Assembly (NCBI GenBank): GCA_040223695.1
Contig: JAVKFU010000015.1
Coordinates: 632,692 to 696,691, forward strand
From: Deltaproteobacteria bacterium
GTDB lineage: Bacteria > Desulfobacterota_D > UBA1144 > Nemesobacterales > UBA2774
DNA length: 64,000 nucleotides
Direction of reading: 5' to 3'
Shown: piece after piece, positions 11,324 to 20,779 of the stretch
Position numbering within the stretch: the first letter of the stretch is position 1
Layout: every line of letters starts with the position of its first letter
The notes under the pieces: model-generated
Seen by the model: only the letters and a program-made list of their open reading frames with translations
Database searches by the model: none
What the model was told of the DNA's origin: nothing
Position numbers and translations under genes: made by a program

Positions 11324-11611
11324 TCAATCCTTTTTCTTTGCGCCCTTTTCTTTTTTTGCGGGTTTTTTCTTCTTTTCCGTATTATCCACTACCATTCCGG
11401 TGTGAAGGACGTAAACGATGCGGTTTATGATATGGTGCACGTTACGGTATTTATCCTCAAGCTGATACTGCGCAAGCTCGAGCCAGTCAATAAGTATTTC
11501 CGTTATTGGAATATTCTGTTGCTCACTGCGGCTCACTATCATCTTTTCCAGATCCTCTACCCCCATCCCCAAGAGCTCGAATTCCTTTTCCCTGTCAGTC
11601 ATCTCAGCCAT
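11324..11611 (-). CDS. hypothetical protein with Lys-rich C-terminal tail
   Basis: 95-aa ORF. The C-terminus reads KKKKPAKKEKGAKKKD. Confidence 0.4.
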   Translation of the reverse strand: MAEMTDREKEFELLGMGVEDLEKMIVSRSEQQNIPITEILIDWLELAQYQLEDKYRNVHHIINRIVYVLHTGMVVDNTEKKKKPAKKEKGAKKKD

Positions 11612-11759
11612 AAGTTATTCTCCTTGTTCGGTTTAAATCGAAGACGGGCGTTATATCCGAAGATTACTGCGTCCGCCCGGATTCTGACCCCAACTATATT
11701 ACAGTACGATTAAATCATTAACAATTGCGTATCGCAGCAAGTATCAATATACTATTTTT

Positions 11760-12173
11760 ATGAAAAGAGCGATATTAATCGCAGCATTGGTGTTTATTCC
11801 TCTGACAGCCCTGAAAGCAAACGCTCAAAATTACCTGGAGGGCATGATGTCAGAGCACCCCGAATGGTATATCAATGTCACGGATTGGTCGGTTTACGCA
11901 ACCTGGAGCGCGGTCGCGATAATCCATCACGTAACTATCGAAAACACGAGCGATATAACGTATAAGGACGTAAAAGTCAGGGTCTGCTACACATCCAATT
12001 CCCCCGGAGGAGCGGGCTCAATCGTAAGCCAGGAGGTGGGGGTTCTTCCCGTAACGCTTCCACCCAAAACCAAGGCGACCTATCTCAAGTCGGGCGTCAC
12101 CATAGGGGCGGGGTCCCAGTTTATGAACGCTGTCGATATACAGGTTTTAGGCGCGACCCCTGTGCTCGATTAA
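11760..12173 (+). CDS. hypothetical secreted protein
   Basis: Signal peptide ending in LKANAQN. Confidence 0.45.
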   Translation: MKRAILIAALVFIPLTALKANAQNYLEGMMSEHPEWYINVTDWSVYATWSAVAIIHHVTIENTSDITYKDVKVRVCYTSNSPGGAGSIVSQEVGVLPVTLPPKTKATYLKSGVTIGAGSQFMNAVDIQVLGATPVLD

Positions 12174-12890
12174 AGCGGTCTATCCAACGGCCGGCATAAC
12201 AAGCGCTTTGATTCAGCCTATGTATCCTGAAAATCAAGGGTTTTAAGCAATGAATATTTAGCCCGGCTCCTGCTTTTAGCTCGGAATTGCTTCAAAAATT
12301 AGGAATTTCTCACCAATCATCCAAAGAATTTTTCATTTTATGAAAAAATATGCACAAAAAGTGATGCAAAAAATTTTAAAGTTTGCTATACTCTTTGTTA
12401 ACCGGTTGTTACTACCTGAGCCCCGTCAACAGAAGGTGCGGGTCCTCTTGGCAGGGACCAGTATTCTTTCGGGGCTCACTCGGCATAATATTTACTGTAT
12501 TAAGTTGCTAAGATTTTGAGTGTTTGTTTTAGATAAATCTGGCAAAAATGTAGTTGGAAGAAGTAGAGAAGTATTGGATTGTCCGTAGTGGAAGCAGAGA
12601 AAAACTATGATTTTATCAACGGTTTGCAATTCGTTACCGTAGAGTTGTATCTTCAATATATCTCCAAGGCATGTATAGCGCCAGGCATTAACCTCTCGCG
12701 ATAGCATTTATCCGATCGTTTCAGCCTTCATTTTTATAGAGAATAAAATTATCCCTTCACAAACTATCTTTTTTTGTATTATAATTGGATTGGGGTTATC
12801 GAAGTACATTATTGCTTTCAGATTTACGCCGCTTACGGCGGCAGGGTCGTTGCCGTACGGTTAAACACAAGCCTTAAAGGTCGGAAGAAA

Positions 12891-13451
12891 ATGGCAAACC
12901 AGTGGGGGACCATCGGGATTCCCTCCGAGAGCCGCTTTGTTAAGCTCTACTTTGAGCCCGCGAGCGAACAGTTCCTTGCCCACTTCTACAAGGGTCTGGG
13001 AGAGGGATACGGCGTAAAGAGCATATACGCGAGACACTTCTCGGACGAGACATATAGGAAGATCACACCCGAGGACGAGAGCCTCACGTATGAAGACGTT
13101 GTGCTCTGCCGCGATCTTTCAAGGGTTTTCGTAAACGTTTTCAAGGTCAGGATGCGCAGCAATAATTTCGTAGGCTATGAATGGCACTCGGTGCAGGCGA
13201 TCGATACCGACACCGGGGAGGTATGCGTTTTGCTGTCCGCGCGCGATCTGGCCGTAGAACCCCCCTATGTCAAAGCATGGATAAGCCGCCTGAGGAAGGT
13301 GAAGGAAAGCGGAAACGCGATTATCTGCACAATTGCCTTTAAAAGAATGAGGGAGGGTCACGGGACCGCAATCGAGAATTACATTTGTAAAATCAATTCC
13401 CGGACCGGGCAGTACAAGAGAGTAACCAGGCTCGGAAACGAGCAGCCGTAA
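12891..13451 (+). CDS. hypothetical protein
   Basis: Start chosen at MANQWG, not at the longer track ORF starting 12774. No motif recognised. Confidence 0.4.
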   Translation: MANQWGTIGIPSESRFVKLYFEPASEQFLAHFYKGLGEGYGVKSIYARHFSDETYRKITPEDESLTYEDVVLCRDLSRVFVNVFKVRMRSNNFVGYEWHSVQAIDTDTGEVCVLLSARDLAVEPPYVKAWISRLRKVKESGNAIICTIAFKRMREGHGTAIENYICKINSRTGQYKRVTRLGNEQP

Positions 13452-13554
13452 AATAATCCAACGCAAAAATTCCACATCTAAAGGGATTTAACTACCAGCT
13501 GGTTTTTACAGTATTGCAGATTCCTTTCAGAAAATATTACCTGAAGTGTGAGGC

Positions 13555-14340
13555 TTATCTCTTCCCGTCCACCAGCTCCATAAACTCCTCGCGGTCGCCG
13601 TTAAAGACGTTCAGATCGACAAAACCCTCTATGCCGATTAGCCTTCCCCGGTTGGCATACTGCCAGAAGCTCCATTCCCTCTTATCCGGGAGACGGGGCG
13701 ATGAATAGATATCCCGTATCCATATCTTTTGCCCGGGCAGCTCACCCGCCAGAAACTCCTCATAGGACTGCCGTGTTGCGTATATGAGAGGGCGCTTGCC
13801 GTACCTTGACTCCATAATATTGGAAAATTCCGCAATCTCCTCCAACACTTCCTCTTTGGAAGGCCTTGCGCTGCAGTTACCCCCGAACTCGAGGTCGATC
13901 ACAGGCGGAAGAGTGTTTTCCTCCACAGGGACCGTGTCGATATAATTCATCGCCTGCTCATAGCCCGTTTTGCAAAACGTGAAGAAATGATAGGCCCCTC
14001 TGACAAGGCCTATCTCGTGCGCTTTATTCCAGTTCTCCTCGAACTTCGTATCCTTGTGGTCTCCGCCCTCCGTAGCTTTGATGAAGGCGAAGTCGAGCTC
14101 CTCCCGATCGAGAAGCGGCCAGTCTATCGCGCTTTGATGGTGTGAAATATCTATACCGCGCACAGGGAATCTGGATGTACCGGGATAGTTGAGCCGCAGA
14201 TAACCTTTCTCGAAGAAAATGAAGGTCGTCACGCCAAGGACGATAAAAAACGCTGAGACGGCGATTATCCTGTTCATAACGCGCTCATACCTCACCAATA
14301 TTATACTTATTAGGCTCGGATAATCACTTCGCACATTCAT
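13555..14340 (-). CDS. GH25 family lysozyme (membrane-anchored muramidase)
   Basis: The motifs GIDISHHQ, DFAFIKATEG and AYHF are diagnostic of GH25. An N-terminal TM helix is present. The true start is probably the internal Met at about 14277. Confidence 0.8.
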   Translation of the reverse strand: MNVRSDYPSLISIILVRYERVMNRIIAVSAFFIVLGVTTFIFFEKGYLRLNYPGTSRFPVRGIDISHHQSAIDWPLLDREELDFAFIKATEGGDHKDTKFEENWNKAHEIGLVRGAYHFFTFCKTGYEQAMNYIDTVPVEENTLPPVIDLEFGGNCSARPSKEEVLEEIAEFSNIMESRYGKRPLIYATRQSYEEFLAGELPGQKIWIRDIYSSPRLPDKREWSFWQYANRGRLIGIEGFVDLNVFNGDREEFMELVDGKR

Positions 14341-14399
14341 CGCCTCAGGCGCCTACCGTAAATATGGAATCAAACATCCGGTATCCTGTATGAATAAGA

Positions 14400-14771
14400 A
14401 TGGAGAAATATATTCTAATCTACCCCGCCCTTTTCGCCGTCGGGTTCGTTAACGGGGCAATGAGAGAGCTTGCATACGGGAAGTATCTGGATGAGTACCC
14501 GAGGCACGTGGTCGGAACGATAACCGGGACAATCCTTATCGGCCTGGTCATTTACGCCATTAATTATTTCTGGCCGTTTCAGGGCAGGAGGCAGGCTTTT
14601 CTTGTCGGTGTAGTCTGGGCGGCACTCACGATAATTTTCGAATCCGCCATGATTCTCTTCATGATGAAAAAGGGTATTAGTCACGTATTAAGGGAATATG
14701 ACGTGACCGAGGGCCGGCTATGGCCGTTTGTGCTGCTTTTCGTGATAATTTTTCCCGTGCTGATAGCATGA
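14400..14771 (+). CDS. hypothetical integral membrane protein (4 TM)
   Basis: Four hydrophobic segments. Confidence 0.45.
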   Translation: MEKYILIYPALFAVGFVNGAMRELAYGKYLDEYPRHVVGTITGTILIGLVIYAINYFWPFQGRRQAFLVGVVWAALTIIFESAMILFMMKKGISHVLREYDVTEGRLWPFVLLFVIIFPVLIA

Positions 14772-14962
14772 AGCGGTAAGGAAAAATGAATATAGTGACA
14801 AAAATTGCCGATTCCCGCTCTAAGGATTTGAAAATCGAGCTTGCTTGGCTTCTCACCCGGAATCCGGCAATGATCAGTTGCGATTTTAACGCTTAACTAC
14901 CCGTTATGGTTCAAAGAAATCTCAGAAAGATAGGTAATAACTGTATCTGAATCCGGCCTTTA

Positions 14963-15358
14963 TTAATCTTCCTCGACCTGATACTGCCTCTTCTTTCCGC
15001 TAACGGAATGGACCAAAGCCTCAATGACCTTTAACTGCCCCTGTTTTTCCACAACAAGAAAATCTATATCGTAAAGCGTACCATCATCGTCCGTGAAATC
15101 GGCACAGCTTACGTAGAAATTTCCCTTTTTAACTATTCCGCTATGGAGATCTTTAAATTCAAGCTCTAACAGTTTTCCCTCAACGGCATCGTAAATAATA
15201 TAATCCCCATCATAGGTATTACTCTCAACATGACTGCTCATCGCGGAATGAATATTCTCGCGCAAGTCACCACTTATATTGGGATCATCCGCAGCCGCAG
15301 CGGGCATAACAAGGCCCGTAATAAACAATAAAATAGTACCCAGTAATAGAATTTTCAT
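14963..15358 (-). CDS. hypothetical secreted protein
   Basis: Signal peptide with AAAADD cleavage region. Confidence 0.45.
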   Translation of the reverse strand: MKILLLGTILLFITGLVMPAAAADDPNISGDLRENIHSAMSSHVESNTYDGDYIIYDAVEGKLLELEFKDLHSGIVKKGNFYVSCADFTDDDGTLYDIDFLVVEKQGQLKVIEALVHSVSGKKRQYQVEED

Positions 15359-15487
15359 TTAAACTACCTCCTTTCATTATTGCCTTACAATTATAACGGA
15401 TTTCTCGGCTCGAGGATTGCATTTCACAGGAAATGAGGCGGACAAAATAATCCCCCCTGCCTCTGGATCCGCGCGGAGAACAAAAAT

Positions 15488-15775
15488 ATGGCTATGAAAC
15501 TCGAAAACGTGGTGCCGTTCGGGAGGTCTTACGACGAGTACAGGCTAATGTTCGCCCTGTCGGAGGAAGATCTCGACAAGAAGATAATCAGCGTCGCCGA
15601 CGCGCCCGCCGCCTTTAGCGTAAGTATGAAAAAGCGGGGTAGCAGAGTTATATCGGCGAATCCTCTGTACATTTTTGGCATCGATGACATCGAACGGCGG
15701 TTCTATAAAGCCCTAGATGAGGTAATAGGACAGGTTAGAGACTCGCCCGGTGGCTGGATATGGGCCATGAGATGA
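15488..15775 (+). CDS. hypothetical protein (possible degenerate methyltransferase N-terminal fragment)
   Basis: Weak resemblance to the N-terminal region and SAM-binding loop of class I methyltransferases. The ORF terminates early. Confidence 0.25.
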   Translation: MAMKLENVVPFGRSYDEYRLMFALSEEDLDKKIISVADAPAAFSVSMKKRGSRVISANPLYIFGIDDIERRFYKALDEVIGQVRDSPGGWIWAMR

Positions 15776-15960
15776 TGCGGGTGGGGAGAGTGGAATAGTT
15801 ACTTAAGAAAGTTAATATACTTTAAGAAGCGGGGGGAGAGAGACTTTCACATTTTTTAATAAAAAGGAGCTATCCTATAAACCCGGATGTAATATATTTA
15901 TAAGTCGTGAACGTATTCAATCGGACCGCCAGAAAATAAGAAATGTCGGAGGGTGATTAG

Positions 15961-16146
15961 ATGAAAGGTATGATTTTGTTGGGATTGGCTTTGTTCTTAT
16001 TAAACTGCTCCGGGGCATCCAAGGCAGATAGAGCCCGGGAACACCAGGAGTATCACAATAAAAGAATAGACTGCGAGCAGACCAAGAATACAAGCGAGAA
16101 CGCCAACATCACTCAATGCACGACTATCAGACCGGACGCCAAATGA
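15961..16146 (+). CDS. small lipoprotein
   Basis: The MKGMILLGLALFLLNCSG lipobox is preceded by ggagggtga. Confidence 0.4.
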   Translation: MKGMILLGLALFLLNCSGASKADRAREHQEYHNKRIDCEQTKNTSENANITQCTTIRPDAK

Positions 16147-16210
16147 TTCCGCCTAACACCGTAAAAAAAGACCTTGCCTGTCCCGGCTGTGGCATAATAT
16201 AATTCCCGCT

Positions 16211-17287
16211 ATGACAATTAAAGACCCGATGCACCCTGATGAGATAACGCCTGAGTGGATAACCCACGCGCTCAGAGAGGGAGGAGTGCTTAAAAAAGCC
16301 TCCGCTAAGTCTCTCGCAAAGGATATTCTGGGACAGGAAATAGGCTTTCTAAGCAGTGTCGTGCGGGTGAGAATCGAATACGATGCTCATGAGAAAGACG
16401 CCCCCCTGTCGGTAGTGGTTAAAATCGAACCTGAGGAAGGGGACTTCCGGCAGTTCGGCGATGAGCTTCACGCGTTTCAGAGAGAGATACGGTTTTATAA
16501 GGAAGTAGCGGTAAATGTTCCGGTACGGCTTCCCCGCGTTTACTATGCGGTGGACGAACCGCCTGCTTTTTCGATGGTAATGGAGGACCTGAGCTCTTTT
16601 ACGCCGGGTGACCAGCTCGTGGGTATGCACGAGCGGCAGGTTATGGATACGGTAGAAGAGCTGGCCAGGCTGCAGGCCCGGTACTGGAACAATGAAGCGC
16701 TGGAAAAGCTTGAATGGATGCCGGATAGAAACGGGGTAAGTGACGATTACGCTCAGAAGTGGGAATCTTTCGTTACTCACTTCGGCCAGTACCTGGAACC
16801 GGAGGGGCTTGAATTGGGGGAAAAGTTATGCCGTTTTATCGACTGGAAGAATAAAGAGATCGCCAAAAGGCCAAAGACGATCGTTCACAGCGACCTGAGA
16901 GAGGACAATCTTTTATTCGCGCCGCCGGGTTCTCCGGACCCGATCATAATAATAGACTGGCAGCTTGCGGTGAAAACCCTCGGGACGTTTGACGTCGCGA
17001 GACTAATGGGCGGAAGCGAGCTGCCCAAAGAACGAAAGAGGCATCAGCTCAGGGTGCTGAGAAAGTGGCACGATACGCTTCTAGAAGAAGGGGTGAGCGG
17101 TTACACATGGGAAGAGGCCTTGTACGATTTCCGCCTGGCCGCGCTCTCCGTCCTATGCTTTCCGGTACATTTTCATGTGGGAGTAATCGGAGCCGAGGGC
17201 CGCACAAAGGAGCTGGCGAAGGTTATTGTATCGCGTAATTTCTCTTCAGCGGTTGACCTGGACGCCGGGTCAATACTGAAAGAGTGA
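16211..17287 (+). CDS. phosphotransferase (APH/CHK kinase-like) family protein
   Basis: Brenner-type motif HSDLREDNLLF, plus IIIDWQLA. These are typical of the aminoglycoside/choline kinase fold. Confidence 0.75.
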   Translation: MTIKDPMHPDEITPEWITHALREGGVLKKASAKSLAKDILGQEIGFLSSVVRVRIEYDAHEKDAPLSVVVKIEPEEGDFRQFGDELHAFQREIRFYKEVAVNVPVRLPRVYYAVDEPPAFSMVMEDLSSFTPGDQLVGMHERQVMDTVEELARLQARYWNNEALEKLEWMPDRNGVSDDYAQKWESFVTHFGQYLEPEGLELGEKLCRFIDWKNKEIAKRPKTIVHSDLREDNLLFAPPGSPDPIIIIDWQLAVKTLGTFDVARLMGGSELPKERKRHQLRVLRKWHDTLLEEGVSGYTWEEALYDFRLAALSVLCFPVHFHVGVIGAEGRTKELAKVIVSRNFSSAVDLDAGSILKE

Positions 17288-17340
17288 TTTCGATAATTGA
17301 TGGGGCTTATGTTAATTCCTAGACCGCAGGTGAGCGTTCT

Positions 17341-17772
17341 ATGGCAAACGGTTTTACTGTAAAGGAAAAGATTGATCGCCCATCGGATGAAGTTTGGTCA
17401 TTCCTTACGGATATGAGTCAAGCCGGTAAATGGATGACGGGCGTTGAAAAAATAAAACCTGTTACCCCTGGGCCGATTGGTTTGGGCTCACGGTTTAGTT
17501 TTGTCTCTCGTGGCGCAGAACGCGAGACGGAAGTGTCCACTTGGGAACCACAGAAGGTGATTGCTTTAACCTCAACACAAGGCGGGATTACTGCAACATA
17601 CGAGTATTCAGTTAGTAGCCATAATAACTACACTGAGGTTCGACTCAACGCCGTATGCAAAGCCAAAGGATTTTGGAAGATCATTCATCCACTTATACTG
17701 TTTCTAATGAAAAAGAGCGATTCAAACCATTTGGCTCGTTTGAAGAATGCAATAGAAAATTCAGGCTCTTGA
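17341..17772 (+). CDS. SRPBCC (polyketide cyclase/START-like) domain protein
   Basis: About 140 aa. The VKEKIDRPSDEVWSFLTD...WMTGVEKI N-terminus is typical of SRPBCC. Confidence 0.5.
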   Translation: MANGFTVKEKIDRPSDEVWSFLTDMSQAGKWMTGVEKIKPVTPGPIGLGSRFSFVSRGAERETEVSTWEPQKVIALTSTQGGITATYEYSVSSHNNYTEVRLNAVCKAKGFWKIIHPLILFLMKKSDSNHLARLKNAIENSGS

Positions 17773-17889
17773 AGGGTGGATTTGTCCAACAATAGAAATA
17801 AGATTATGAGGATTTCAAGTGAGATATATGTTCGCCATAATATGAAAATAAAGTAATATGGTTGTATAAAGTGTCTACGGAGGGCCAGC

Positions 17890-18234
17890 ATGTCAGAACA
17901 AATATTGGACCACCACCTTAGCGCGGTCAATGAAGGGGATATAGAGGCGATTCTCGAGGACTATACGGACGAGTCCAAAATAATTAATTCCAGAGGCATA
18001 ATTACGGGGCTGGATAATATCAGAGACCTTTTCACGACCTTTACAAGGGATATCATTCCTACGGGCGCAAAATTCGAGCTTACGAACAAGACCGTGGACA
18101 GCAATGTCGCGTACATAATCTGGAATGCCGAGTCCGCCGCATACAAAATTCCCTTCGCTACCGATACATTCCTTTTCGAGAACGGGAAAATCAAGGTTCA
18201 GACTGTCGCGTTAATATTGGAACCGAAAAAATAG
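17890..18234 (+). CDS. NTF2-like/SnoaL-like domain protein
   Basis: About 114 aa. The LSAVNEGDIEAILEDYTDES pattern is seen in SnoaL-like/ketosteroid isomerase-like proteins. Confidence 0.55.
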   Translation: MSEQILDHHLSAVNEGDIEAILEDYTDESKIINSRGIITGLDNIRDLFTTFTRDIIPTGAKFELTNKTVDSNVAYIIWNAESAAYKIPFATDTFLFENGKIKVQTVALILEPKK

Positions 18235-18271
18235 CTGTAACATAAATTCGTCTCGAAATTCGACCCGGTTT

Positions 18272-18631
18272 GTGAAATCCGAGATTATGACTATTGACGA
18301 GTATATGGACAAGCTCCCGCTCGACAGGCGGGAGAGGATAATGAAGCTTCTCCGGCATATTAAGACATGGTTTCCCGGTGCGGTCGTAACCATGAAATAC
18401 AAGATGCCGACCATTGAGAAGAATGGAAACTGGGTAGCGGTCGCGAATCAAAAAAACTACATCGCGCTTTATACATGCTCCGAGGAGCACATTGCCCCTT
18501 ACATCGAAAAGCACCCGGATATAAGACACGGAAAAGGCTGCATTAATTTCAGAGACAACGATGAAATCCGTTATGACGACCTGAAAAACGTCGTGTCAGG
18601 CGCGCTTAACGCTAAGAATACGCACACATAA
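18272..18631 (+). CDS. DUF1801 (YdhG-like) domain protein
   Basis: Size and the motif FPGAVVTMKYKMPTIEKNGNWVAVANQKNYIALY are typical of DUF1801. Confidence 0.5.
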   Translation: MKSEIMTIDEYMDKLPLDRRERIMKLLRHIKTWFPGAVVTMKYKMPTIEKNGNWVAVANQKNYIALYTCSEEHIAPYIEKHPDIRHGKGCINFRDNDEIRYDDLKNVVSGALNAKNTHT

Positions 18632-18697
18632 GCGGCTTTGCCCTCTCCCTCGTCACCCGTTAAATTAATTTATACAAATAAAGCAAAAGGTGGTCTT

Positions 18698-19729
18698 ATG
18701 AATGAAGGCTCAAAGAGGAATCTAAGGTTCGGCCTGTGGTACGATTTCAGAAACCCCCCGCAGTGGAGACGCCCTTATGAAAAGGTATATTCGGAAATAC
18801 TGGATCAGATAGCGTGGGCGGAGGATATAGGGTTCGATGACGTCTGGCTCTCGGAGCATCACTTCACCGAGGACGGATACTCCCCTTCCCTCCTCCCCAT
18901 ATCCGCTGCGATAGCGGCAAAAACAAAGAAGATAAGAATAGCGACCGGAGTAGCGCTCCTTCCGCTTTACGATCCGGTAAGGCTGGCCGAGGACGCGGCG
19001 ACGGTGGACATAATTTCGGGCGGCAGGTTCGAGCTCGGCGTGGCGGTCGGGTATAAAGTGGACGAGTTCCGGGGGCTCGATATAGACATAAGCGAGAGAG
19101 GCGGGCGCACGGACGAGGCGCTCGAAATAATCACAAGGCTCTGGGCGGGAGAGAAACTGGACTACAAAGGGGAATATTTCAGGGTCGGTAACGTAAGTAT
19201 TTCCCCCGAACCCGCGCAAAAACCGGGACCACCCTTATGGATTGGCGGGTTCGTGCCGGCGGCTCTCAAGCGCGCGGTGAAATACGGGGACGGATACATG
19301 GGCGGAGGCGGGCCTATCGAGGAATCCTACAAATTATATGTGGAGGAACTCAAGAAGGCGGGCAAGCCCACAGACAACGTTAAGATCGCAGACGGCATCC
19401 ACTGGCTTATTGTATCCGAGGACCCTAAGAAGACGTGGGACGAGGCAGCTGAGCATGTGATATACCAGGCGAACAAATACAACGAGTGGTTCAAGGAAGC
19501 GGGGATGTCCGGCGTATACGAGCCGATAAGGGACAAGCAGCACCTGCGAGAGCTCGGAAGGCTTAACGTAGTCGACCCCGATATCTGCATAGACATGATT
19601 AACAAGCACCTTGAAAAAGCCCCGCTTACGCACTTTCTCTCGTGGACGCTTCCGCCGGGGCTTCCCGCCTCGTGGGCGGAGCCGCATTTAGAGTTATTTT
19701 CAAAGAAGGTTATTCCCGCTTTCAGATAA
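18698..19729 (+). CDS. LLM-class flavin-dependent oxidoreductase (luciferase-like monooxygenase)
   Basis: Start at MNEGSK, preceded by aaaggtgg. LRFGLWYDF...DIGFDDVWLSEHHF is the LLM signature. TIM-barrel sized. Confidence 0.8.
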   Translation: MNEGSKRNLRFGLWYDFRNPPQWRRPYEKVYSEILDQIAWAEDIGFDDVWLSEHHFTEDGYSPSLLPISAAIAAKTKKIRIATGVALLPLYDPVRLAEDAATVDIISGGRFELGVAVGYKVDEFRGLDIDISERGGRTDEALEIITRLWAGEKLDYKGEYFRVGNVSISPEPAQKPGPPLWIGGFVPAALKRAVKYGDGYMGGGGPIEESYKLYVEELKKAGKPTDNVKIADGIHWLIVSEDPKKTWDEAAEHVIYQANKYNEWFKEAGMSGVYEPIRDKQHLRELGRLNVVDPDICIDMINKHLEKAPLTHFLSWTLPPGLPASWAEPHLELFSKKVIPAFR

Positions 19730-19751
19730 GCGCGGAAGGAAGGAAGGTAAT

Positions 19752-20024
19752 ATGCATCTCAGAATCGAAATCTGGATGAATGATAATATAGAGTGGTCGC
19801 TCGAAGGAGAAGGCTCGCCTCTTCAGTTTCAGCAGGCGGGTATAAAGCTCCGCCACCTTTTCCCCGAAGAAGAGGAGTTACAGCTCGTATTCGATAAGGA
19901 TAATATTGCGACTGTCGAGCTTTCAAACGCTATGGAGCAAATTAAATCCCTCTCCGGGGGAAAAAATGTAATGCTATGCGACAAAAATTATGAAAAGATG
20001 ATGATGTTCATCTATAATGATTGA
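19752..20024 (+). CDS. hypothetical protein
   Basis: 90 aa. Preceded by ggaaggaagg. Confidence 0.35.
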   Translation: MHLRIEIWMNDNIEWSLEGEGSPLQFQQAGIKLRHLFPEEEELQLVFDKDNIATVELSNAMEQIKSLSGGKNVMLCDKNYEKMMMFIYND

Positions 20025-20624
20025 ATGAACCGCCGAAATAAAATCAGCCTGGCCGGCATATCGATATTCCTGATCGCTCTTTTACTGTCATTCACCGGAT
20101 CCGCCTCCGCCGCCGAGGGAGAAAAAGACAGGGAAAGCGGGAATAAGAAGACCTCTGCTGAGGTTTATAAGAGCAGGCACGGATTTTCCATAAAATATCC
20201 GGAAACATGGAGGCTTGAGACCCAGGTCGAGCTGTACGAGAGCCTCGATGAGGCGGAAAAGGAGGGCGGGAACTACTTCGCCGTTATGAGCTATCAGGAA
20301 GACGAGCCGCGCATGAAGGGTTTTCACTATTTCCCCGCCGATACGCTCAAGATCGAGGCCTGGATATTCCCGGATTACGGGAACTCCCTCGCCGAGCTTA
20401 TTACAGAGACGAAAGGAATCGCTCGTATAGATGACTTTGAAATCGGAGGTAAGAAAGCCAAGAAGGTATGGCAGGTGATTGAAGAAGGGATGCTCGAAGG
20501 GGAAGAGGTTTACTCGATCTATTTCGTGGATGGAGGGAAAAAAGTAATATTCACGTGCTATCCGAATTATACGAGGCTAACGGATAAGTTCGAGGAAGTT
20601 GTCGGGAGCTTCAGGTTCGAGTAG
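20025..20624 (+). CDS. hypothetical secreted protein
   Basis: Signal peptide ending in GSASAAEG. Confidence 0.45.
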   Translation: MNRRNKISLAGISIFLIALLLSFTGSASAAEGEKDRESGNKKTSAEVYKSRHGFSIKYPETWRLETQVELYESLDEAEKEGGNYFAVMSYQEDEPRMKGFHYFPADTLKIEAWIFPDYGNSLAELITETKGIARIDDFEIGGKKAKKVWQVIEEGMLEGEEVYSIYFVDGGKKVIFTCYPNYTRLTDKFEEVVGSFRFE

Positions 20625-20779
20625 CGGAGATTAATCTCCCCTTGTTGCACAGTACACACAAAGAACCCTTAATAAAGAATGAGTCCATGACCACACTTCT
20701 GTTCGCCGAACCCGTGTTTTTGTGACGAAATACAAAATGATGCGACTTGGGGAGGGCATGTACCGGGCCTGAAATACCC

